Shown: piece by piece, positions 25,451-39,588 of the stretch
Layout of the letters: every line of letters begins with the position of its first letter
Position numbering within the stretch: the first letter of the stretch is position 1
Assembly: GCF_009914755.1 (NCBI RefSeq)
Contig: NC_060948.1
Origin: the human T2T-CHM13v2.0 reference genome, Homo sapiens
Strand: one strand, 5' to 3'
Length of the DNA: 64,000 nucleotides
The notes under the pieces: model-generated
The model's database searches: none
The model's input: only the letters and a program-made list of their open reading frames with translations
What the model was told of the DNA's origin: nothing
Position numbers and translations under genes: made by a program

Positions 25451-28400
25451 GAATTCATTGGAATGGAAGGGAATGTAGTGTAATGGACAGGCCTGGAATA
25501 AAGTGGAATGCTACGGTCTCGAATGGAATAAAAATGTATGGAATGGAATGCAATGAAACGGAATCGAATGTCATAGAATGTAATGGAATGCAAAAAAATG
25601 GAATCCAAAATCATTGACTGGAAAGGCTGGGTGTCGAAAGGAATTGACTCCAATGGAATGGAATCGAATGGAATGGAAGTGAATAGAATCGAACTAAATC
25701 GAATGGAATGGAATTGATAGGAACGGAATGGAAAGGAATGCAATGATTTGGCATGGAATGGAATCGAATGGCATCGAATGGAATGGAATGGAATGCAATG
25801 GAATGGAATGTATTAGAATGTAATGAACTTTAATGGAATGTACTCGAATGGATTCGACTGGAATGGAATGTTCTGGAAGTGAATGGACTCCAATGGAATG
25901 GATTCAAAAGGAATGGAATCGTACGGAATGGAATCTAATGGAATGGAATTAAATGGAAATGAATCAAATTGAATAGCACGGAATTGAATTGAATGGAATG
26001 GAATGCAATGGAATCTAATGAAACGGAAAGGAAAGGAATGGAATGGAATGGAATGGACTGGAATGGAAAGGAATCGAAACGAATGGAATGGAATCGAACT
26101 GAAGAGACTGGAATGGAATGCACTGGAATGGAAGGGAGTGTAATGGAAGGTTCTCGAAAAAAATGCAATCGAATGGAATGGAATTGAATGGAACGGAATA
26201 GAGTCGAATGGAATTGAATGGAATGGAATGGACTAGAGTGAAATGGAATCGAACCACAAGGAATGGACAGGAATAGAATGGTCTCGAATTGAATGGAATC
26301 GTATGGAATGGCATCAAACGGAATGGAATGGACAGCCACGGAATGGAATGCACTCGAATGCAATGGAGTCGAAACTAATGGACTGGAATAGAATGGACTC
26401 GACTGGTACGGACTCAAATGGAATGGAATCGAATGGAAGGGAATCGAACGGAATGGACTCGAAGGGAAAAGACTGCAATGGAAAGGTCTCGAATGGAATG
26501 GAAATTAATGGAATGGAATGGAATCGAAAGAAATGGAGTCAAAAGGAATGGAATCGAATGGCAAGAAATCGAATGTAATGGAATCGCAAGGAATTGATGT
26601 GAACCGAATGGAATGGAATGGAATCCAAAGGAATGGAATAGAATGGAATGGAATCGAATGGAAAAGACTCGAATGGAAATCACTCGAATAGAATGCAATT
26701 TAATAAAATAGGATCAAATGTAATGGAATGGAATGGAAAGCAATCGAAACGAAAGGAATGGAGACAGATGGAATGGAATAGAACAGAGAGCAATGGTATA
26801 GAATGGAATGGAATCATCTGGAATGGAATTGAATGGAATGGAATAATATGAAATGGAATGGAATGGAATGGAATGGAATGCCCTTGAATTAAATGGACTG
26901 GAATGGAATGGACTCGAACAGAGTGGAATGGAAAGTGTTGAGATAGAATGGAATGGACTCCTTTGGAATGGTGTAGTATGCAATACAATCGACTAGCAGG
27001 GAATCAAAAGGAATGTAATCGAATGGATTGGACTGGAATGCAATGGACTCGAATAGATTGCAAACGGAATGCAAAGGAATGGAATGGAATAGTATGGAAT
27101 GGAATGGAAAGGAATGGAGTGGAATAGACTAGAGTGGAATGGAATGGACTGGAAAGCAATGGACTGGAATGGAACTTTCTTGAATGGACTGGAATCAAAC
27201 GGAATGGAATGCAATGCAATCAAATGGCATGGAATAAAATAGAATGAAAGAGAATCAAATGGAATTGAATCGAATGGAATCGAATGGATTGGAAAGAATA
27301 GAATGGAATGGAATGGAATGGACTAGAATGGAATGGATTCGAATGGAAGGCAAAGGAATGGAATCTATTGGAATGGACTGTAATGGAATGGAATGGAAGG
27401 GATTGGAATGGACTCGAATGGAATTGACTGCAATAGAAAGGATTCGAATGGAATGAAAAAGAATTGAATGGAATAGAACAGAATGGAATCAAATCGAATG
27501 AAATGGAATGGAATAGAAAGGAATGGAATGAAATGGAATGGAAAGGATTCGAATGGAATGCAATCGAATGGAATGGAATCGAACGGAATGGAATAAAATG
27601 GAAGAAAACTGGCAAGAAATGGAATCGAAAGGAATGGAGTGTTATGGAACGGACTCAAAAGGAATTGAATGTAATAGAATGGAGTGGAGTGGACTCGAAT
27701 ATAATGGACTGGAATGGAATGAAATCACATGGAATGGGAACGAATGGAATGGAATGGAAAGGAATGGAATGGAATGGAAAGGAATCGAATGGAAGGGAAT
27801 GAAATTGAATCAACAGGAATGGAAGGGAATAGAATAGACGGTAATGGAATGGACTCGAATAGAATGGACACGAATGCTCAAATTGAATGGACTCGAAAGG
27901 AATGGAAAGGAAAGGAATGTCATCGAATGGAATTGAATCGATTGGAATGAAATGGCATAGAATGGAGTGGAATCAAATGGAATTGAATCGAAAGGAAAGG
28001 AAGCGAATGGACTGAAATGAAATGGAATGGAATTGAATGGAAAGTAATGCAATGGAATAGAATGGAACGAAATTTCACGGAATGGAATCAAACTGAATGG
28101 AATCAAATCAATGGAATCTAATCAAATGGAATGGAAAGGAATTGAATGGAGTAGATTGGATTGGATGGGATTGGAATGAAATGTACTGGAAAGGACTCGA
28201 ATTTCATGAAACGGAATGGAATGAATTGGAACAGAATGGACTCGAATGGAATGGAATGTCATCGAATGGCATCAAATGGAATGGCATCAAATGGAATGGA
28301 ATCGAATGCAATGGAATGCTATGGAATGGAATGGAATGCATTGGAATGGAATGTCCTCTAATGGAATGGATTCGAGTGGAATGGAATCGAATATAATGGA

Positions 28401-28983
28401 GTCGAATGAAATGGAATTGAAAAGAATGGGATCGAATACAATGGAATATACTGGAATGTAATGTAATGAACTCGAATGTAATTGACTGGAATGGAATGTA
28501 CATGAATGGAATGTAATCGAATGGAAAGTAATCCAATGGAATAGAATGTAATGCAATAAAATCGACTCAGATAGAGTAGAATGTAATGGAATGGAGTGCA
28601 GTGCAATGGAATGGAATGGAATGGAATGCAATGGAATGGAATGGAATGGAATGGAATGGGATGGAATGGTATGGAATGGATAGTAATGGACTGGAGTGAA
28701 ATGGACTGGAATGGAATGGACTCAAATTGAAAGGGCTCGAAAGGAATGGAGACAAATGGAATGGTCTGGAATGGAATGAACACGAATGTAATGCAATCCA
28801 ATAGAATGGAGTCGAATGGCATGGAATATAAAGAAATGGAATCGAAGAGAATGGAAACAAATGGAATGGAATTGAATGGAATGGAATTGAATGGAATGGG
28901 TACGAATGGAGTGAAATTGTATGCAGTAGAAGAGAATAGAATGGAATGCAAGCGAAAGGAAAGGAATGGATTGGAATGGAATG
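25451..28983 (+). repeat. Unit 8, subtype C, 3533 bp
   Basis: GAATTC at 25451 and 28984. C markers: 16 bp net loss near 27295-27320 (ggaaagaatag, with ttgactcaaat absent), aagcaatcg, gcaatacaat, attgcaaac. Confidence 0.9.
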
Positions 28984-31900
28984 GAATTCATTGGAATGGA
29001 AGGGAATGTAGTGTAATGGACAGGCCTGGAATAAAGTGGAATGCTACGGTCTCGAATGGTATAAAAATGTATGGAATGGAATGCAATGAAACGGAATCGA
29101 ATGTCATAGAATGTAATGGAATGCAAAAAAATGGAATCCAAAATCATTGACTGGAAAGGCTGGGTGTCGAAAGGAATTGACTCCAATGGAATGGAATCGA
29201 ATGGAATGGAAGTGAATAGAATCGAACTAAATCGAATGGAACGGAATTGATAGGAACGGAATGGAAAGGAATGCAATGATTTGGCATGGAATGCAATCGA
29301 ATGGCATCGAATGGAATGGAATGGAATGCAATGGAATGGAATGTATTAGAATGTAATGAACTTTAATGGAATGTACTCGAATGGATTCGACTGGAATGGA
29401 ATGTTCTGGAAGTGAATGGACTCCAATGGAATGGATTCCAAAGGAATGGAATCGTACGGAATGGAATCTAATGGAATGGAATTAAATGGAAATGAATCAA
29501 ATTGAATAGCACGGAATTGAATTGAATGGAATGGAATGCAATGGAATCTAATGAAACGGAAAGGAAAGGAATGGAATGGAATGGAATGGGCTGGAATGGA
29601 AAGGAATCGAAACGAATGGAATGGAATCGAACTGAAGAGACTGGAATGGAATGCACTGGAATGGAAGGGAGTGTAATGGAAGGTTCTCGAAAAAAATGGA
29701 ATCGAATGGAATGGAATTGAATGGAACGGAATAGAGTCGAATGGAATTGAATGGAATGGAATGGACTAGAGTGAAATGGAATCGAACCACAAGGAATGGA
29801 CAGGAATAGAATGGTCTCGAATTGAATGGAATCGTATGGAATGGCATCAAACGGAATGGAATGGACAGCCACGGAATGGAATGCACTCGAATGCAATGGA
29901 GTCGAAACTAATGGACTGGAATAGAATGGACTCGACTGGTACGGACTCAAATGGAATGGAATCGAATGGAAGGGAATCGAACGGAATGGACTCGAAGGGA
30001 AAAGACTGCAATGGAAAGGTCTCGAATGGAATGGAAATTAATGGAATGGAATGGAATCGAAAGAAATGGAGTCAAAAGGAATGGAATCGAATGGCAAGAA
30101 ATCGAATGTAATGGAATCGCAAGGAATTGATGTGAACGGAATGGAATGGAATGGAATCCAAAGGAATGGAATAGAATGGAATGGAATCGAATGGAAAAGA
30201 CTCGAATGGAAATCACTCGAATAGAATGCAATTTAATAAAATAGGATCAAATGTAATGGAATGGAATGGAAAGCAATCGAAACGAAAGGAATGGAGACAG
30301 ATGGAATGGAATAGAACAGAGAGCAATGGTATAGAATGGAATGGAATCATCTGGAATGGAATTGAATGGAATGGAATAATATGAAATGGAATGGAATGGA
30401 ATGGAATGGAATGCCCTTGAATTAAATGGACTGGAATGGAATGGACTCGAACAGAGTGGAATGGAAAGTGTTGAGATAGAATGGAATGGACTCCTTTGGA
30501 ATGGTGTAGTATGCAATACAATCGACTAGCAGGGAATCAAAAGGAATGTAATCGAATGGATTGGACTGGAATGCAATGGACTCGAATAGATTGCAAACGG
30601 AATGCAAAGGAATGGAATGGAATAGTATGGAATGGAATGGAAAGGAATGGAGTGGAATAGACTAGAGTGGAATGGAATGGACTGGAAAGAAATGGACTGG
30701 AATGGAACTTTCTTGAATGGACTGGAATCAAACGGAATGGAATGCAATGCAATCAAATGGCATGGAATAAAATAGAATGAAAGAGAATCAAATGGAATTG
30801 AATCGAATGGAATCGAATGGATTGGAAAGAATAGAATGGAATGGAATGGAATGGACTAGAATGGAATGGATTCGAATGGAAGGCAAAGGAATGGAATCTA
30901 TTGGAATGGACTGTAATGGAATGGAATGGAAGGGATTGGAATGGACTCGAATGGAATTGACTGCAATAGAAAGGATTCGAATGGAATGAAAAAGAATTGA
31001 ATGGAATAGAACAGAATGGAATCAAATCGAATGAAATGGAATGGAATAGAAAGGAATGGAATGAAATGGAATGGAAAGGATTCGAATGGAATGCAATCGA
31101 ATGGAATGGAATCGAACGGAATGGAATAAAATGGAAGAAAACTGGCAAGAAATGGAATCGAAAGGAATGGAGTGTTATGGAACGGACTCAAAAGGAATTG
31201 AATGTAATAGAATGGAGTGGAGTGGACTCGAATATAATGGACTGGAATGGAATGAAATCACATGGAATGGGAACGAATGGAATGGAATGGAAAGGAATGG
31301 AATGGAATGGAAAGGAATCGAATGGAAGGGAATGAAATTGAATCAACAGGAATGGAAGGGAATAGAATAGACGGTAATGGAATGGACTCGAATAGAATGG
31401 ACACGAATGCTCAAATTGAATGGACTCGAAAGGAATGGAAAGGAAAGGAATGTCATCGAATGGAATTGAATCGATTGGAATGAAATGGCATAGAATGGAG
31501 TGGAATCAAATGGAATTGAATCGAAAGGAAAGGAAGCGAATGGACTGAAATGAAATGGAATGGAATTGAATGGAAAGTAATGCAATGGAATAGAATGGAA
31601 CGAAATTTCACGGAATGGAATCAAACTGAATGGAATCAAATCAATGGAATCTAATCAAATGGAATGGAAAGGAATTGAATGGAGTAGATTGGATTGGATG
31701 GGATTGGAATGAAATGTACTGGAAAGGACTCGAATTTCATGAAACGGAATGGAATGAATTGGAACGGAATGGACTCGAATGGAATGGAATGTCATCGAAT
31801 GGCATCAAATGGAATGGCATCAAATGGAATGGAATCGAATGCAATGGAATGCTATGGAATGGAATGGAATGCATTGGAATGGAATGTCCTCTAATGGAAT

Positions 31901-32516
31901 GGATTCGAGTGGAATGGAATCGAATATAATGGAGTCGAATGAAATGGAATTGAAAAGAATGGGATCGAATACAATGGAATATACTGGAATGTAATGTAAT
32001 GAACTCGAATGTAATTGACTGGAATGGAATGTACATGAATGGAATGTAATCGAATGGAAAGTAATCCAATGGAATAGAATGTAATGCAATAAAATCGACT
32101 CAGATAGAGTAGAATGTAATGGAATGGAGTGCAGTGCAATGGAATGGAATGGAATGGAATGCAATGGAATGGAATGGAATGGAATGGAATGGGATGGAAT
32201 GGTATGGAATGGATAGTAATGGACTGGAGTGAAATGGACTGGAATGGAATGGACTCAAATTGAAAGGGCTCGAAAGGAATGGAGACAAATGGAATGGTCT
32301 GGAATGGAATGAACACGAATGTAATGCAATCCAATAGAATGGAGTCGAATGGCATGGAATATAAAGAAATGGAATCGAAGAGAATGGAAACAAATGGAAT
32401 GGAATTGAATGGAATGGAATTGAATGGAATGGGAACGAATGGAGTGAAATTGTATGCAGTAGAAGAGAATAGAATGGAATGCAAGCGAAAGGAAAGGAAT
32501 GGATTGGAATGGAATG
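28984..32516 (+). repeat. Unit 9, subtype C, 3533 bp
   Basis: GAATTC at 28984 and 32517. C markers. Shares gactagcagg with unit 8. Confidence 0.9.
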
Positions 32517-35500
32517 GAATTCATTGGAATGGAAGGGAATGTAGTGTAATGGACAGGCCTGGAATAAAGTGGAATGCTACGGTCTCGAATGGTATAAAAA
32601 TGTATGGAATGGAATGCAATGAAACGGAATCGAATGTCATAGAATGTAATGGAATGCAAAAAAATGGAATCCAAAATCATTGACTGGAAAGGCTGGGTGT
32701 CGAAAGGAATTGACTCCAATGGAATGGAATCGAATGGAATGGAAGTGAATAGAATCGAACTAAATCGAATGGAATGGAATTGATAGGAACGGAATGGAAA
32801 GGAATGCAATGATTTGGCATGGAATGCAATCGAATGGCATCGAATGGAATGGAATGGAATGCAATGGAATGGAATGTATTAGAATGTAATGAACTTTAAT
32901 GGAATGTACTCGAATGGATTCGACTGGAATGGAATGTTCTGGAAGTGAATGGACTCCAATGGAATGGATTCCAAAGGAATGGAATCGTACGGAATGGAAT
33001 CTAATGGAATGGAATTAAATGGAAATGAATCAAATTGAATAGCACGGAATTGAATTGAATGGAATGGAATGCAATGGAATCTAATGAAACGGAAAGGAAA
33101 GGAATGGAATGGAATGGAATGGGCTGGAATGGAAAGGAATCGAAACGAATGGAATGGAATCGAACTGAAGAGACTGGAATGGAATGCACTGGAATGGAAG
33201 GGAGTGTAATGGAAGGTTCTCGAAAAAAATGGAATCGAATGGAATGGAATTGAATGGAACGGAATAGAGTCGAATGGAATTGAATGGAATGGAATGGACT
33301 AGAGTGAAATGGAATCGAACCACAAGGAATGGACAGGAATAGAATGGTCTCGAATTGAATGGAATCGTATGGAATGGCATCAAACGGAATGGAATGGACA
33401 GCCACGGAATGGAATGCACTCGAATGCAATGGAGTCGAAACTAATGGACTGGAATAGAATGGACTCGACTGGTACGGACTCCAATTGAATGGAATCGAAT
33501 GGAAGGGAATCGAACGGAATGGACTCGAAGGGAAAAGACTGCAATGGAAAGGTCTCGAATGGAATGGAAATTAATGGAATGGAATGGAATCGAATGAAAT
33601 GGAGTCAAAAGGAATGGAATCGAATGGCAAGAAATCGAATGTAATGGAATCGCAAGGAATTGATATGAACGGAACGGAATGGAATGGAATCCAAAGGAAT
33701 GGAATAGAATGGAATGGAATCGAATGGAAAGGACTCGAATGGAAATCACTCGAATAGAATGCAATTTAATAAAATAGGATCAAATGTAATGGAATGGAAT
33801 GGAAAGGAATCGAAACGAAAGGAATGGAGACAGATGGAATGGAATGGAACAGAGAGCAATGGTATAGAATGGAATGGAATCATCTGGAATGGAATTGAAT
33901 GGAATGGAATAATATGAAATGGAATGGAATGGAATGGAATGGAATGCCCTTGAATTAAATGGACCGGACTCGAACAGAGTGGAATGGAAAGTGTTGAGAT
34001 AGAATGGAATGGACTCCTTTGGAATGGTGTAGTATGCAATGCAATCGACTGGCAGGGAATCAAAAGGAATGTAATGGAATGGATTGGACTGGAATGCAAT
34101 GGACTCGAATAGATTGGAAACGGAATGCAAAGGAATAGAATGGAATAGTATGGAATGGAATGGAAAGGAATGGAGTGGAATAGACTAGAGTGGAATGGAA
34201 TGGACTGGAAAGCAATGGACTGGAATGGAACTTTCTTGAATGGACTGGAATCAAACGGAATGGAATGCAATGCAATCAAATGGCATGGAATAAAATAGAA
34301 TGAAAGAGAATCAAATGGAATTGAATCGAATGGAATCGAATGGATTGGAAAGGAATAGAATGGAATGGAATGGAATTGACTCAAATGGAATGGACTAGAA
34401 TGGAATGGATTCGAATGGAAGGCAAAGGAATGGAATCTATTGGAATGGACTGTAATGGAATGGAATGGAAGGGATTGGAATGGACTCGAATGGAATGGAC
34501 TGCAATAGAAAGGACTCGAATGGAATGAAATAGAATTGAATGGAATAGAACAGAATGGAATCAAATCGAATGAAATGGAATGGAATAGAAAGGAATGGAA
34601 TGAAATGGAATGGAAAGGATTCGAATGGAATGCAATCGAATGGAATGGAATCGAACGGAATGGAATAAAATGGAAGAAAACTGGCAAGAAATGGAATCGA
34701 AAGGAATGGAGTGTTATGGAACGGACTCAAAAGGAATTGAATGTAATAGAATGGAGTGGAGTGGACTCGAATATAATGGACTGGAATGGAATGAAATCAC
34801 ATGGAATGGGAACGAATGGAATGGAATGGAAAGGAATGGAATCGAATGGAAAGGAATCGAATGGAAGGGAATGAAATTGAATCAACAGGAATGGAAGGGA
34901 ATAGAATAGACGGTAATGGAATGGACTCGAATAGAATGGACACGAATGCTCAAATTGAATGGACTCGAATGGAATGGAAACGAAAGGAATGTCATCGAAT
35001 GGAATTGAATCGATTGGAATGAAATGGCATAGAATGGAGTGGAATCAAATGGAATTGAATCGAAAGGAAAGGAAGCGAATGGACTGAAATGAAATGGAAT
35101 GGAATTGAATGGAAAGTAATGCAATGGAATAGAATGGAACGAAATTTCACGGAATGGAATCAAACTGAATGGAATCAAATCAATGGAATCTAATCAAATG
35201 GAATGGAAAGGAATTGAATGGAATAGATTGGATTGGATGGGATTGGAATGAAATGTACTGGAAAGGACTCGAATTTCATGAAACGGAATGGAATGAATTG
35301 GAACGGAGTGGACTCGAATGGAATGGAATGTCATGGAATGGCATCAAATGGAATGGCATCAAATGGAATGGAATCGAATGCAATGGAATGCTATGGAATG
35401 GAATGGAATGCATTGGAATGGAATGTCCTCTAATGGAATGGATTCGAGTGGAATGGAATCGAATATAATGGAGTCGAATGAAATGGAATTGAAAGGAATG

Positions 35501-36055
35501 GGATCGAATACAATGGAATATACTGGAATGTAATGTAATGAACTCGAATGTAATTGACTGGAATGGAATGTACATGAATGGAATGTAATCGAATGGAAAG
35601 TAATCCAATGGAATAGAATCTAATGCAATAAAATCGACTCAGATAGAGTAGAATGTAATGGAATGGAGTGCAGTGCAATGCAATTGAATGGAATGGAATG
35701 CAATGGAATGGAATGGAATGGAATGGAATGGAATGGAATGGAATGGGATGGAATGGTATGGAATGGATAGTAATGGACTGGAGTGAAATGGACTGGAAAG
35801 GAATGGACTCAAATTGAAAGGGCTCGAAAGGAATGGAGTCAAATGGAATGGTCTGGAATGGAATGAACACGAATGTAATGCAATCCAATAGAATGGAATC
35901 GAATGGCATGGAATATAAAGAAATGGAATCGAAGAGAATGGAAACAAATGGAATGGAATTGAATGGAATGGGAACGAATGGAGTGAAATTGTATGCAGTA
36001 GAAGAGAATAGAATGGAATGCAAGCGAAAGGAAAGGAATGGATTGGAATGGAATG
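32517..36055 (+). repeat. Unit 10, subtype B with long-tract tail, 3539 bp
   Basis: GAATTC at 32517 and 36056. ggaccgg at 33961, (GGAAT)8 tract and 15 bp deletion. Confidence 0.9.
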
Positions 36056-39000
36056 GAATTCATTGGAATGGAAGGGACTGTAGTGTAATGGACAGGCCTG
36101 GAATAAAGTGGAATGCTACGGTCTCGAATGGAATAAAAATGTATGGAATGGAATGCAATGAAACGGAATCGAATGTCATAGAATGTAATGGAATGCAAAA
36201 AAATGGAATCCAAAATCATTGACTGGAAAGGCTGGGTGTCGAAAGGAATTGACTCCAATGGAATGGAATCGAATGGAATGGAAGTGAATAGAATCGAACT
36301 AAATCGAATGGAATGGAATTGATAGGAACGGAATGGAAAGGAATGCAATGATTTGGCATGGAATGGAATCGAATGGCATCGAATGGAATGGAATGGAATG
36401 CAATGGAATGGAATGTATTAGAATGTAATGAACTTTAATGGAATGTACTCGAATGGATTCGACTGGAATGGAATGTTCTGGAAGTGAATGGACTCCAATG
36501 GAATGGATTCCAAAGGAATGGAATCGTACGGAATGGAATCTAATGGAATGGAATTAAATGGAAATGAATCAAATTGAATAGCACGGAATTGAATTGAATG
36601 GAATGGAATGCAATGGAATCTAATGAAACGGAAAGGAAAGGAATGGAATGGAATGGAATGGACTGGAATGGAAAGGAATCAAAACGAATGGAATGGAATC
36701 GAACTGAAGAGACTGGAATGGAATGCACTGGAATGGAAGGGAGTGTAATGGAAGGTTCTCGAAAAAAATGCAATCGAATGGAATGGAATTGAATGGAACG
36801 GAATAGAGTCGAATGGAATTGAATGGAATGGAATGGACTAGAGTGAAATGGAATCGAACCACAAGGAATGGACAGGAATAGAATGGTCTCGAATTGAATG
36901 GAATCGTATGGAATGGCATCAAACGGAATGGAATGGACAGCCACGGAATGGAATGCACTCGAATGCAATGGAGTCGAAACTAATGGACTGGAATAGAATG
37001 GACTCGACTGGTACGGACTCAAATGGAATGGAATCGAATGGAAGGGAATCGAACGGAATGGACTCGAAGGGAAAAGACTGCAATGGAAAGGTCTCGAATG
37101 GAATGGAAATTAATGGAATGGAATGGAATCGAAAGAAATGGAGTCAAAAGGAATGGAATCGAATGGCAAGAAATCGAATGTAATGGAATCGCAAGGAATT
37201 GATGTGAACGGAATGGAATGGAATGGAATCCAAAGGAATGGAATAGAATGGAATGGAATCGAATGGAAAAGACTCGAATGGAAATCACTCGAATAGAATG
37301 CAATTTAATAAAATAGGATCAAATGTAATGGAATGGAATGGAAAGCAATCGAAACGAAAGGAATGGAGACAGATGGAATGGAATAGAACAGAGAGCAATG
37401 GTATAGAATGGAATGGAATCATCTGGAATGGAATTGAATGGAATGGAATAATATGAAATGGAATGGAATGGAATGGAATGGAATGCCCTTGAATTAAATG
37501 GACTGGAATGGAATGGACTCGAACAGAGTGGAATGGAAAGTGTTGAGATAGAATGGAATGGACTCCTTTGGAATGGTGTAGTATGCAATACAATCGACTG
37601 GCAGGGAATCAAAAGGAATGTAATCGAATGGATTGGACTGGAATGCAATGGACTCGAATAGATTGCAAACGGAATGCAAAGGAATGGAATGGAATAGTAT
37701 GGAATGGAATGGAAAGGAATGGAGTGGAATAGACTAGAGTGGAATGGAATGGACTGGAAAGCAATGGACTGGAATGGAACTTTCTTGAATGGACTGGAAT
37801 CAAACGGAATGGAATGCAATGCAATCAAATGGCATGGAATAAAATAGAATGAAAGAGAATCAAATGGAATTGAATCGAATGGAATCGAATGGATTGGAAA
37901 GAATAGAATGGAATGGAATGGAATGGACTAGAATGGAATGGATTCGAATGGAAGGCAAAGGAATGGAATCTATTGGAATGGACTGTAATGGAATGGAATG
38001 GAAGGGATTGGAATGGACTCGAATGGAATTGACTGCAATAGAAAGGATTCGAATGGAATGAAAAAGAATTGAATGGAATAGAACAGAATGGAATCAAATC
38101 GAATGAAATGGAATGGAATAGAAAGGAATGGAATGAAATGGAATGGAAAGGATTCGAATGGAATGCAATCGAATGGAATGGAATCGAACGGAATGGAATA
38201 AAATGGAAGAAAACTGGCAAGAAATGGAATCGAAAGGAATGGAGTGTTATGGAACGGACTCAAAAGGAATTGAATGTAATAGAATGGAGTGGAGTGGACT
38301 CGAATATAATGGACTGGAATGGAATGAAATCACATGGAATGGGAACGAATGGAATGGAATGGAAAGGAATGGAATGGAATGGAAAGGAATCGAATGGAAG
38401 GGAATGAAATTGAATCAACAGGAATGGAAGGGAATAGAATAGACGGTAATGGAATGGACTCGAATAGAATGGACACGAATGCTCAAATTGAATGGACTCG
38501 AAAGGAATGGAAAGGAAAGGAATGTCATCGAATGGAATTGAATCGATTGGAATGAAATGGCATAGAATGGAGTGGAATCAAATGGAATTGAATCGAAAGG
38601 AAAGGAAGCGAATGGACTGAAATGAAATGGAATGGAATTGAATGGAAAGTAATGCAATGGAATAGAATGGAACGAAATTTCACGGAATGGAATCAAACTG
38701 AATGGAATCAAATCAATGGAATCTAATCAAATGGAATGGAAAGGAATTGAATGGAGTAGATTGGATTGGATGGGATTGGAATGAAATGTACTGGAAAGGA
38801 CTCGAATTTCATGAAACGGAATGGAATGAATTGGAACGGAATGGACTCGAATGGAATGGAATGTCATCGAATGGCATCAAATGGAATGGCATCAAATGGA
38901 ATGGAATCGAATGCAATGGAATGCTATGGAATGGAATGGAATGCATTGGAATGGAATGTCCTCTAATGGAATGGATTCGAGTGGAATGGAATCGAATATA

Positions 39001-39588
39001 ATGGAGTCGAATGAAATGGAATTGAAAAGAATGGGATCGAATACAATGGAATATACTGGAATGTAATGTAATGAACTCGAATGTAATTGACTGGAATGGA
39101 ATGTACATGAATGGAATGTAATCGAATGGAAAGTAATCCAATGGAATAGAATGTAATGCAATAAAATCGACTCAGATAGAGTAGAATGTAATGGAATGGA
39201 GTGCAGTGCAATGGAATGGAATGGAATGGAATGCAATGGAATGGAATAGAATGGAATGGAATGGGATGGAATGGTATGGAATGGATAGTAATGGACTGGA
39301 GTGAAATGGACTGGAATGGAATGGACTCAAATTGAAAGGGCTCGAAAGGAATGGAGACAAATGGAATGGTCTGGAATGGAATGAACACGAATGTAATGCA
39401 ATCCAATAGAATGGAGTCGAATGGCATGGAATATAAAGAAATGGAATCGAAGAGAATGGAAACAAATGGAATGGAATTGAATGGAATGGAATTGAATGGA
39501 ATGGGAACGAATGGAGTGAAATTGTATGCAGTAGAAGAGAATAGAATGGAATGCAAGCGAAAGGAAAGGAATGGATTGGAATGGAATG
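36056..39588 (+). repeat. Unit 11, subtype C, 3533 bp
   Basis: GAATTC at 36056 and 39589. C markers. Confidence 0.9.
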
